Shown here one piece after another: positions 47,433 to 58,500 of a DNA stretch of 64,000 bases. A model generated the notes under the pieces. It saw only the letters and a program-made list of their open reading frames with translations. It ran no database searches and was not told the origin of the DNA. The stretch lies in IMG/VR virus record IMGVR_UViG_3300025141_014349. The stretch is one strand, 5' to 3'. A program made the translations under genes and the position numbers. Origin of the DNA: an uncultured virus (IMG/VR IMGVR_UViG_3300025141_014349). Lineage: Duplodnaviria; Heunggongvirae; Uroviricota; Caudoviricetes. How positions within the stretch are numbered: the stretch's first letter is position 1; the number at the start of each line of letters is the position of its first letter.

Positions 47433-48856
47433 TGGCAATCAAGAGATATGTCGCCGATGCTGACAACACTATTACAAACGCCTTCGAAGCAAACCTCCTC
47501 ACGCGCGGCACAGGATCTAACATGGGGATGTCAGATGTCTCCGAAGTATTTTCCCTCTACGCGCAAGCGAATTCATCTTCGGTAGAACTATCTCGTATTC
47601 TTACTAATTTTCCGGTCAGCACCATTATTAGTGACAGAACTGCCGAAAAGATTCCTGTAAGTGGAAATGTAAACTTTGTATTGAAAATGTCAAATGCAGA
47701 TTTCGCCGGAACTCTTCCTACCAAATTTACACTCACCGTTGCTCCCATTTCAAGATCCTGGGATGAAGGTTATGGATTGGATATGGAAGATTATAGCGAT
47801 GCCGGATCATCAAATTGGATATCTTCCTCCAATACCCAAGCATGGACCGCCGAGGGTGGAGATTATCTTACGTCTCCCGTATATAATACATATATGGAAA
47901 AGGGAACTGAAAACTTAGAGGTTGACATCACTTCTCTTGTGGAGAAGTGGATAGATGGCACTGTCTCAAGTTATGGCGTGGGCATTCACCTAACAAGCAG
48001 CGAGGAGAGTTCCTCTAGAAGTTATTACAATAAAAAGTTTTTTGCACGAGGGAGCGAGTTCTTCTTCAAGAGACCCTACGTCGAAGCACGCTGGGATCCT
48101 TCCATTACTGATGACAGGAACGATTTTGTATTGAGTAGTTCATTGCTCCCCGCCGCAGATAACTTGAATAAACTTTATCTTTATAATAAATTCCGTGGTC
48201 GACTTGTAAACATTCCCGAGGCGGGAACCGGAAGTATTTACCTTAGTTTATATTCAGGATCCACGTCACCTTGCGGGTCTAGGTTGCCTCTTCAGGGCGG
48301 CACCCATGTGGTAACGGGGGGATATGTAAGCACAGGAATTTACTCTGCTTCTGTAGCGATGGGAACAGATTTAGATCGGGTTTTTGATGTTTGGCACGAT
48401 AATGCTATTTCTGATCATACTGAATATTATACGGGAAGCGCAATTACTGTTCGCGATCATCTAGCAGACATTAATGACGATCCGGGCGAATATATTGTTA
48501 AAATAACCAACTTGAAATCTTCATATTCCACGATAGAGACACCACGATTTACTCTCTATGCACGCAGCAAAGATTGGTCTCCAACAATATACACAATCTC
48601 TAGCGGCGAAATTGAAAATACTACAATTCATAGCATGTATTATAAATTATATCGAACCACTGATGATTACGAAGTCATACCTTATGGTACGGGAAGTGTA
48701 GAGTATACGAAGTTGTCTTACAATGACTCAGGAAATTATTTTAATTTTGACATGTCAATATTGCAACCCGGATATGAATACGCTTTTAAATTTATGATAC
48801 TGGAATATGGGGAATATCACGAGCAACCGGAAGAATTTAAATTTAGAGTAGAATAA
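47432..48856 (+). CDS. Virion structural protein (DNRLRE-like beta-sandwich)
   Basis: ADNTI; SRILTNF; SWDEG; WTAEGGDY; VDITSLVEKW; located in the baseplate operon. Confidence 0.6.
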   Translation: MAIKRYVADADNTITNAFEANLLTRGTGSNMGMSDVSEVFSLYAQANSSSVELSRILTNFPVSTIISDRTAEKIPVSGNVNFVLKMSNADFAGTLPTKFTLTVAPISRSWDEGYGLDMEDYSDAGSSNWISSSNTQAWTAEGGDYLTSPVYNTYMEKGTENLEVDITSLVEKWIDGTVSSYGVGIHLTSSEESSSRSYYNKKFFARGSEFFFKRPYVEARWDPSITDDRNDFVLSSSLLPAADNLNKLYLYNKFRGRLVNIPEAGTGSIYLSLYSGSTSPCGSRLPLQGGTHVVTGGYVSTGIYSASVAMGTDLDRVFDVWHDNAISDHTEYYTGSAITVRDHLADINDDPGEYIVKITNLKSSYSTIETPRFTLYARSKDWSPTIYTISSGEIENTTIHSMYYKLYRTTDDYEVIPYGTGSVEYTKLSYNDSGNYFNFDMSILQPGYEYAFKFMILEYGEYHEQPEEFKFRVE

Positions 48857-48858
48857 AC

Positions 48859-51800
48859 ATGGGAATTAAAAATCTTTTCAATAGAGATGCTGACACTAAG
48901 ATAGTGTCTCTCACAAATAAGACCGAAGCATCTGAGAATATTGAATCTACGAGTTATTATTCTGCGAAAGTAAAGCAGAAAGGTAGATTTGAACCTCATA
49001 TTGATTATTCTAATCCTCTGTTTTTTTCCAAGTTTGGTTCTGCTGAAAAATATTATCACGATGCGATAACCAATATCTATACTTACTATCCCTTTGATGG
49101 ATCTCTCTATGAGAGAACCGCATGGGAACTGAGCGCGTCTGGAATTCAGAAATATATTTTTGAGGAAGAATATCCGCGAAGAAATGGTTATATAGACTTT
49201 TCTTATGGTGGTTGGGGATCAACAACCCTTTCTACTGGATCTTACGCGCTCCCCACTGACGCCGAGTATATTACTGTCCATGGCGGACCGAACAAAGATC
49301 CAGAGGGGAACGGCAAATCTTTAGCTAGTATTTTTATAAACTCTAGTTCCAACTTTTATAATGTCAGTCATAACCGAGAATCAAATCTAGAATTCGCCAG
49401 CGCCGGAAACGCGATTGAATTTTGGATGAAAAAAGACGGTTTCGTCGCCGCCGGTCAACAAGAAGTCATATTTGACCTCTGGTCCAGCGGTTCGGCAGTG
49501 GCCAGCGCTGATTACGGAAGATTCTGCATTCTTATTAATAGTTCTTCTTCCCCTCTTCATGTTACTTATTTATCGGGAACAACTGGACTTTCGGCAAGTT
49601 TTAGTGGCACAAGCGCTCCCACCACTGCTTCTTTGGCAGATGGACAGTGGCACCATTATGCGGTAAGTGCAGACTCTTCTACTGGAAAGGCGGAACTGTA
49701 TGTTGATGGCGTCTATAAAGATTATATTCTAGGCGCCCCCATCACTGAGGTAACCGGCGCGCTCATTGCTAACATAGGATCTTATTATGAAGCACGCAGC
49801 GCCGATACACTTGAAGCGTTCACGGGGTCACAAGTCCCTGGTTGGTGTAAATTATCTGCCTCCTTAGACGAATTTAGGTTTTGGAAAACTACCCGTAATG
49901 ATAAAAATATTGGGCAATATTGGTTTACTCAAGTTGGCGGTGGCACTAACGAAGATAATGCCAATACTGATTTGGGAGTTTATTATAAATTCAACGAAGG
50001 TATTACCCAGACTGCTTCCATAGATTCTAGAGTTCTCGACTATTCGGGAAGATTCTCAGATGGAACGTGGACAGGATACGCTGCCGGCGCGCGCAACACT
50101 GGATCTGCTATGGTTATTGCGGGAGCAGCAGAGAGAGAGTTTAAAGATCCTATTATCTATTCTTTTCATCCTGCTGTTGTTTCATTGTTGTCGGATAAGA
50201 AATCTATTGGGAAGCAATACGATTATACTAACGCTGCTTCCTTATATTACAGTCTTCCATCCTGGATTATTGACGAGGACCATGATGTCGGCGGCGACTT
50301 ACTGAATGTCGTCCAGATTGTGTCTAACTATTTTGATTCTCTTTATTTACAAACCAAAGAACTTCCTAAACTAAAAAATGTTCAGTATCTTAGTTCTTCG
50401 GAGAAACCTTATCCATTCACCAACAAGTCTCTTGAATCTCTGGGGTTTGCCACGCCCGACCTGTTCTTAGAGTCTGATATTCTAGAAGCAATTGGTTCAC
50501 GCAACGATACAGAAGAGTTCGATGAAAAAATCTGGAATGTTAAAAATCTAATTTATCAAAACATTTATAATAATTTAGTTTACATTTATAAAACTAAAGG
50601 AACGATGAAATCTTTTAGGAACCTTCTTAGATGCTATGGTATTGATGAAGAGTTAGTAAGAGTAAACTTGTATGTGGATGGCACCACCTATGAGATGAGA
50701 GATGATTATAAATTACAGGCGCTAGAGAAAAAGTTTGTAAATTTTGCTGGTACCGACAGATTCAATGGAACTGTGTATCAGACTGCATCTTCGGATATCG
50801 CTGATTCGCGAACCTATATAGCGGGTTCTTCTCATATTGCGTCTTCTTCTTGGACATGGGAATCTCAAGTAGTGGTCCCATCTAAGTTTCCTATTAGTTC
50901 TGATTTATATTTCGAAACTGCATTTATATCTGCTTCATTGTTCGGACAACACCAAGCAGTCTCTGATCAGGCAGATTATACATGGCATACAGATGATAAT
51001 AATAATTTTCAAGTTTATCTTGTCAAGGAAGAAAAAGAATCTCTTAATGCTAAGTTTGTGTTGAAAAGTTTGTCGGAGAACTCTCCCCTTCCAACACTAG
51101 AGAGTCCTATCTACACGGATATATATGACAATACTAATTGGAATATAGCAGTCCGCATAAAACCTCAATATGAATTATACAATACTAGTTCAGCAACTCT
51201 TACAAGTTCTTATACTTTAGAGTTTCAAGGAGTGGAAACAGAGGGAGAATATATAAGGAATGAGTTTATTCTTTCCGCGTCCCTCGATGCCACATCAGGT
51301 TCGAACTTTGTTAAGAGCAATAAGCGCGTTTATGCTGGTGCACACTATACTAATTTTACTGGCACCATCTTAGAGCAAACTGATGTAAAGGTTACGAATA
51401 ATAGAGTTTGGGCGAGTTTTCTACCCAGCGACGTGATTAGAATACACGCCAAGGATAGTACCAACTACGGGACCAAGTACCCATACCGAAATGCATATCC
51501 AGAGAATTCTGACATTTCCGCTAAATCTATTCCGGCGATAGAGACTCTATCTTTGTTTTGGGGATATGATACTCTAAGCAGCTCAGACGATGGTGCCGGA
51601 CCTGGGTATACGGCGGGGTTCAATGTCGATGATATATCTTCGGGATCAGCAGACCCATATAGAAATTATGGGTTTCTCAATGACGCCCTCAAGACACAAC
51701 ATCCCGGAAGAGGAAACAAATTTTTAGCAAATGACACAGATGCTATCCAAAAAGAATATCTGTCTAATGCCAAACTCCAATCAATTGAAACTGTCCAGAG

Positions 51801-52566
51801 CGATGATCTCGTAGAAATCATTAGCGAATCAGATGAGGAGATATTTACACGCGAATCTCGTCCGCTCGAATATGTGTACGCTATAGAAAAAGGCATGCAA
51901 CAAGTTATTTCTGATGAAATGATTGATGTCTTCGGATCTATTGCAGATTTTAATAATATAATCGGGCAACCTGTCAATCGTTATCGACAAAATTATCATG
52001 ACATGGGCAAACTGAGACAGATATTTTTTAGTAGAGTTAAAAACATACCAAGTCTCATAAAGTATGTTGAATTCTATAAGTGGATCGATGGAGCAATAAC
52101 ATCCATGATTCAGCAACTAATTCCTGCTACTGCTCAATTTTCGGACAGAGTGGCAACGGTTGTAGAAAGTCACGTATTAGAAAGAAATAAATATTGGAAT
52201 AAATTTCCCACGGTGGAACTGGAAGAGGACACCCCTAGTTCGCCCTTAAGGGGCGTCAATGAACTTTCTTATCCATGGAAATCGGGATCGCCGCCCCTCA
52301 ATACCTCTCAAAGCAGAAATTGCTATTGGTGGAAAAACAGAGCAGAATTTCATGGGTCTGCTCGCGCCTCGATTATTTCGTCTTCCCATAGCACCTTTGA
52401 CCGCGAATTTGGGAGTCCTATTCAGTTCGATGCTCCAGGCGTTGAAAGAACCGGCGGCGGTGTGATAAAATTAGATATAACACGCCAAACGACAAAATTC
52501 GGATCAAACGGATATTTATTAGTATCCACGAGTAGCTTTTCGCAAGCGGACTGTTTAGATGACTAG
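48859..52566 (+). CDS. Virion structural protein with LamG/concanavalin A domain
   Basis: IEFWMK; DGQWHHYAV; LYVDG; SLDEFRFW; YYKFNEG; IYKTKGT baseplate-like motif. Confidence 0.75.
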   Translation: MGIKNLFNRDADTKIVSLTNKTEASENIESTSYYSAKVKQKGRFEPHIDYSNPLFFSKFGSAEKYYHDAITNIYTYYPFDGSLYERTAWELSASGIQKYIFEEEYPRRNGYIDFSYGGWGSTTLSTGSYALPTDAEYITVHGGPNKDPEGNGKSLASIFINSSSNFYNVSHNRESNLEFASAGNAIEFWMKKDGFVAAGQQEVIFDLWSSGSAVASADYGRFCILINSSSSPLHVTYLSGTTGLSASFSGTSAPTTASLADGQWHHYAVSADSSTGKAELYVDGVYKDYILGAPITEVTGALIANIGSYYEARSADTLEAFTGSQVPGWCKLSASLDEFRFWKTTRNDKNIGQYWFTQVGGGTNEDNANTDLGVYYKFNEGITQTASIDSRVLDYSGRFSDGTWTGYAAGARNTGSAMVIAGAAEREFKDPIIYSFHPAVVSLLSDKKSIGKQYDYTNAASLYYSLPSWIIDEDHDVGGDLLNVVQIVSNYFDSLYLQTKELPKLKNVQYLSSSEKPYPFTNKSLESLGFATPDLFLESDILEAIGSRNDTEEFDEKIWNVKNLIYQNIYNNLVYIYKTKGTMKSFRNLLRCYGIDEELVRVNLYVDGTTYEMRDDYKLQALEKKFVNFAGTDRFNGTVYQTASSDIADSRTYIAGSSHIASSSWTWESQVVVPSKFPISSDLYFETAFISASLFGQHQAVSDQADYTWHTDDNNNFQVYLVKEEKESLNAKFVLKSLSENSPLPTLESPIYTDIYDNTNWNIAVRIKPQYELYNTSSATLTSSYTLEFQGVETEGEYIRNEFILSASLDATSGSNFVKSNKRVYAGAHYTNFTGTILEQTDVKVTNNRVWASFLPSDVIRIHAKDSTNYGTKYPYRNAYPENSDISAKSIPAIETLSLFWGYDTLSSSDDGAGPGYTAGFNVDDISSGSADPYRNYGFLNDALKTQHPGRGNKFLANDTDAIQKEYLSNAKLQSIETVQSDDLVEIISESDEEIFTRESRPLEYVYAIEKGMQQVISDEMIDVFGSIADFNNIIGQPVNRYRQNYHDMGKLRQIFFSRVKNIPSLIKYVEFYKWIDGAITSMIQQLIPATAQFSDRVATVVESHVLERNKYWNKFPTVELEEDTPSSPLRGVNELSYPWKSGSPPLNTSQSRNCYWWKNRAEFHGSARASIISSSHSTFDREFGSPIQFDAPGVERTGGGVIKLDITRQTTKFGSNGYLLVSTSSFSQADCLDD

Positions 52567-55500
52567 AAATAAAAGATTATATAACTCCCTAGAATTACCA
52601 TTCAACATTTACAGTTCTTCTGCTGAGAATGCATATCTGTCTAGTAGTTTCCAAGGTTTTGATATTACAAACCTTCATGAAGATACCTATGGCGGCATAA
52701 AAGATGCTCCCATGCAAGGTCCATTTGCATACAAGTATGTTGGAGGAAACCAACACAGGCATGTTGCTCTCAACCCCGGAAGCGATAATATTGCTAACCG
52801 TCCTGAGTTATTCCGCATAGATTTTAATTCTTTGGGTGGAATAAAGGTTGTGGGGCAAGACAGCGGATCGACTTCTTATCCCCGCGCGCCATATACTCGC
52901 GACGGTTTGGCAAAAAGGCCGCTCAATTTGGCGAACATACAGCAGCGAACTGGGTCCACTATTATCGGAAACTATACTCATGATTATGAGGTAGTTCAGA
53001 CAGTGGGAAGAACTTCAAACAACAGGGCGTTTATTGAGGCGAGCGGAGTGGGGTTTATTGGTGATCCTAGTTTACCTCACAGCGGAGCCCTGGTAACACA
53101 ATTTGTAAGCGGCGCAAGAAGCACACAAAGAGCACTTCCGCCCATGAACGTCTCAGGCACAAATAGTTTTGTCTTTGTCAATCGTTTTAATGCCCCAGGA
53201 GGCACTGACGTTAGTTCTAGGGGCGTTTTGGATACATACGCTGAAGAGTATGCACCCAATAACGCAATGCCCTGGAGGAACCGCTCAGTGCGTTCTGTGC
53301 TAAGATCAGATTTGACAAGATATACCCCAAAAGCGACGGATATACCGCCCCAAACACCAACTCTATATCATACAACCAATAGGAATCCGAAGAGGATATT
53401 CTATAAGCCCACCATCAGTACGCAGTCGTTTGACAACGGATTTGTAACACACGCCATTCCACAATGTTCACTACAATACGCGTGGATTAAGGCATCAGCG
53501 ATAACGACAAAATTAGAATTACCAGGATATGAGAATAGCAGTTCTGTTCCTTATGGACCATATACAGATATAACTTTTGTTCAATCAGGAGCATATGATC
53601 GGGGAGATTTCGTTGGCATCAGTGGAACCATGATTGATAAGTCACAGATCGAAATTCAAACTCCTCTTGGATCAACGAATTTTCTTTCTCGATCTTCTGC
53701 CACTTTTTTGAATGCTTATAACGGACCCTATCAGTATCCATCTTGGCAACAAGTTAGAAATCTTTATAATCCTGTAGTAAGGCAATTAGTAAAAGAAAGT
53801 ATTCTTTCTTTAGCAGATGTCCCGCCGTTGAAAGTAAATTCTATAGGCAATCAAGTTCGCGCACTTCGCGGAGGAGTGACAAACTTCAAAGAGCCCGTTG
53901 TGAGCAACAACTCTTTCGCCCTTAATCACGGACTTCGCGCACGACCAGATCCAAATATTGGAAATTTCGTCACTTCGTCTCTTACTTATACCTATAATAA
54001 TAATCTTTCATCTTTTACCAATCCAAAAATTCGTAATAGATTGGGCATGCACATATCGGATGCGGGATCGCCATATGATAACCTAAGTTCACTTTATTTA
54101 GTTGATTCCACGAACAACGATGAGTCCAATTCATATGCCATGTTTCTTTCGCTAGAATATTCACAAGTTCTTTATCCTGCTACTCTTAACGCTTTTCTAA
54201 ATGAAACTAGAACTAGGACAGAATATGCGGAAGTTTCTGGAACTGGGAGCAATGGATATGACCGGATATTTGGTCACCAAAGAACATTCTTTAAAGAGGT
54301 CCCCGCTTCCGGTGATCTTACGGGATTGATAAGGACTGCTGGAGTTGCTCCAAATTCACAAGGATACGCCGGCATTGCTGGTGCGGAAGGACCCAACACT
54401 AGACGATCATTTCCTTTTACATCTCAGTTTGATTCGTATATATTCGACAAGGATGCACAAAGCGGCATACAGTCCGCACTCTACGCGGGATGCGGATCGG
54501 GTGGTACCGACCCAGGCGCATATTGTTTCAGTTTTGGCAACGTTACCGACATCAGTGTCCCTATTAGGTATTTGAGGTGGAAATCGGCGCAAGCAGTCAA
54601 CACGTCCACAGGTTCGGGGGACGGTACCATTGTGGTGGAGTTTACGGTCATGAGGGGAGATCATAGCGAATACCCCGCTCTTGCCTACCCAGACGGCGCC
54701 GAGGATAATTTATATGTTCAATATAAACATCTTCCTTCTGGTAGTTGGACAAATATGGAATATGGCGGCACCATAACCGCCGCCGATTGCAGTAATGTTG
54801 GATTGTGCACACCGGTGACCGCAAGTATATCCGCATCAACGATGTTCACAGAGACTGACTTATTTGAGATCAGAATTGCAATGACCAACTTTCAAGGTCA
54901 TCAATTCGATCACTATGCTATTGGGGACTTGTACCTTTCGTCTCGATTCGCCACGCAGTGGGTTGATTGTCTCAATTTTGATCCTATGGCAACTGATGGA
55001 ATAAGGTCTTTTCCCGAAAGCGGATCCTATAGGAGCGTATTGGGAGAATTGATGGGCGACACTGAAAAATCCATGTTTGGAGCATCTGGTGAGGCCCAAC
55101 CATCAATGGCATTTAATGAATTATATTATCTATCTAATGCATCTGGAAATTTGGAGGTTTATAGTGATTATACCGAGAGACTGACACAACAAATTGCCAA
55201 CAAGAATTCTTGGTATAATACTTATGAAAAATACGCTTCCGATCTTCGGACTATGGATAAAAGCATATCGATTCTTCCAGAATTTAAAATATCAGATTTT
55301 ATAGATTATTATTTGATTGAGCGCGGCGGCAACTTTAGAGTAAAGAATCATAAATTTCTTTCTCTCCCCGGCGCATCGATTACATCAAGTGCAGACACAG
55401 AAGACTCTCCTATCAGCGCCGATTTTGTTTCCAGGTATGTAGATTCATCAAAAGCAGATAAATTTTCTAAAATATCACGAGAGCATAAAGAAGTCGCCGC

Positions 55501-58500
55501 TATTTCGCGTGTAGAGTTATCTTGCAAGGGGATTAAAAAGTTGCTGCCATACAATGGATTCTACCCAGCAGATAGAACTCTTCAGTTGGGAAATCTTTTG
55601 AGTCAATCTGTCTCTCCGCATATAGCGGGGAAGGGAGAAAATTCGACATCTACTTTTTTTGACCAAGGACTTCAAGGATTGTTGAAACCATTAGTTTCTC
55701 CGGGAATTCTATATAACAGTATAAAATCTGGCATTGCTGTAGACTATCCGATCTATACAGGTTCGGTTCCTGGGTTGGTTGCCGGCACAGATGCCCCTTC
55801 TGATTTTAGGTTGTCTAGCGGGTCCAACTATAGACTACCTTTCGACTCTTTACTAAACCTTAAGGGCGCCCTCCCAGAGGGTGAAGATAAACCAGTTAGA
55901 TTGGTTTCTTCCTTTTCTACTTTCGATGACTCTATTTCAACTGAAGACCTTTTTCAATATTCTTTTACTTGGGATGGCGAGAAGTCTCCTTTATTTGAAC
56001 TTGGAATGCATAATTTTCTAGCAGAAACGGTAGACTTTTTTCTAGAAGATGGTCAACTTACCTCTTACAAGTCACAAGTTCAACCTACGGATGGTTGGGT
56101 ATTTGAATCTAACAAAACTTATTATATGGACGTGGTGCTAAGAGATACAGTTGAGATGAGTAGGTTTGTGGAGTATAGCGGAAGCAAGACCGTGAGAGAA
56201 AATCTAAAGTTTGGTGCTAACGATGGTGCGCAATATGATGCTTTCGGAAACGAGACTCAAGTTATAACAGGAAGTCCTGGATCGGGTCTCTTTTCGATAG
56301 TCGGCGCACGATACAATGGTGAGGTTGGATACAAAGCCGGCGCCGCCTATGTTTTCCAAAACGCGCTCGATACACGAGGGTGGAGGCAACTGCACAAATT
56401 AACAGCCAGCGATGGTGCATCCCAGACTGAAGCCTTTTTTGGCAACGCAGTGGGTCTCGTATCCGGCACCAATGAGTTTCACTATCTTGTCGGCGCCCGA
56501 CGTGATGACGATGTAGGTGAAGATGCCGGAGCTGCCTATCTTTATCATTCAACGAGCGCCGGCGTAACGGAACTGAAAATAACAGCAAGTGACGGCGACG
56601 AATCAGAGGAATACGGTTATTCCGTTTCAATCACATCCAGTTCGAATGGCATCTATTTTGTTGTGGGCGCCCCGCGCCAGCGCGATACTACTGGCACCGA
56701 TTACGGCGGGGCCTATCTCTACCATTCAACAAGTGCCGGCATGACAGAATACATTTTGGAACCAAGCGCTGAAGAAAACAATGATGCCTTCGGAAGTGAT
56801 GTTTCAGTGGTTTCTAGTTCGAATGGGGTATATGTGCTGGTAGGTTCTTATGGCAAGAACGAATCCGTGAGCGATCAAGGCGCGGCATATCTCTACCACT
56901 CCACCAGCGCGGCGGTAACAGAGCAAAAACTAACAGCGTCCTCGCCGACGGGAGTGAAATATTTTGGCGTATCCGTTAGTTTAGCATCTGGTTCAAATGA
57001 TGACGGCATTTATGCTCTTATTGGCGCTAACTATGGCGATGGCCCAGCCACGGATTGTGGCGAGGCATATCTTTTTCACTCCACAAGTGTCGGCGTGACA
57101 GAGCAAATACTAACGGCGAGCGATGGGCAGCTAGGCGACCGCTTCGGACACTCTGTTTCTATCGCATCAGGATCTGACGGCATTTTTTGTCTCGTGGGCG
57201 CCATATATGAAGATACGCCGGCCTCGAAGGCGGGCGCCTTATATCTTTTTCACTCAACTAGTGCTGGAATAGCGGTGCAATTGCTGGAGAATGATGATAG
57301 GCGCAAAAACAACGAATTGGGATGGGGCACCTCCCTGATTAGTTCTAGTGACTCTCTATATGCACAAGCGGGAACCTACAACGGCGATTTTAACGCCAGC
57401 GGATCTGGTGCAGCGTATGTGTTCGCTGGATCCTTTGGATCTTTATCCCAATTTATACCGCATTCAGGCACTCAATTTGATTACAAGCAGCATGGCAAAC
57501 TTTTTGGCATGGCGATATCCGAAGAATATGTGACTCGAACCGGATCAAACTATCAAACCCTCACTTGTCAGGCAAACTCACAAGATCCTGCTTATATTTC
57601 TTACACCCCTCCCTACTTTTATGGTGAGTCGGTTGCACGTATTAGTTTTAGTCCAGGAATTCTTGGACCCATCTCGTTTACCTTAGATGAAATATTTGAA
57701 AGAGTAAAGGTTGAAAATATATTAACTCCTGACAGCAATAGAATGGCGACTCTTTTTGGTATAAAAAATTCAATAACTTCACTGCAAAATGAAAACAGAA
57801 TGCCCCTCTCGGCATCAGCGAATATGTTTGGCAGGTTTTATAAACCGGGGGTGACCTATGATCCACAGAGCGGCGAGGCAACCTCCATTGACGACAACAT
57901 AGATACCAAACCTGCTTGGGTTATTTCTACGAGGTTTGAAAGTCCCGTTCTCGATGTATCTAGTAGCAAATATAATGAACTTTATACTGCTCACAACCCG
58001 GCGATGACTGCGACATATGGTTGGGAAGGTGACGGCGCGTCTCATATCAGGCACAACCCGCGCTCAATGTGGACAAGTTATGGTGATGTCCCTCAAGGAA
58101 CTAAGGGGGTTTATTTTGAGATAAGAGAGTCTTATCCGAGTGAATTAAACCAAGACTCCTCTACTACTGCCTCTCTTTTGCAAACCTGTGGGTTTACCAT
58201 TCCTGAGCAGGGTAAATCAAAGATCGGGAAGGTAAGAGAGAACAAAGTTATTAGCGAGGCAATTGTTGCCCTTCCTTACTTAGATAATGATGAAGCGAGC
58301 GTTCCAACTACCTTTATTGACGGGAAATATTTCATCAAAATAAACAAAGCAATGTTTTCCTATCAGAAACTTAACATTCAGAGTAGCAAACCCGCAGTGC
58401 TTTCTGTCAACAATGATGATCTGGGCGATATTCAAACGACCACCATAAGTGATATGATAATGTCAATGACAAAATATGTTATGCCGCCCCACATGGATTT

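Noticed and set aside
52559..52566. Frameshift splitting one giant gene
   Set aside because: The ATGACTAG overlap is normal translational coupling; no evidence without homologues
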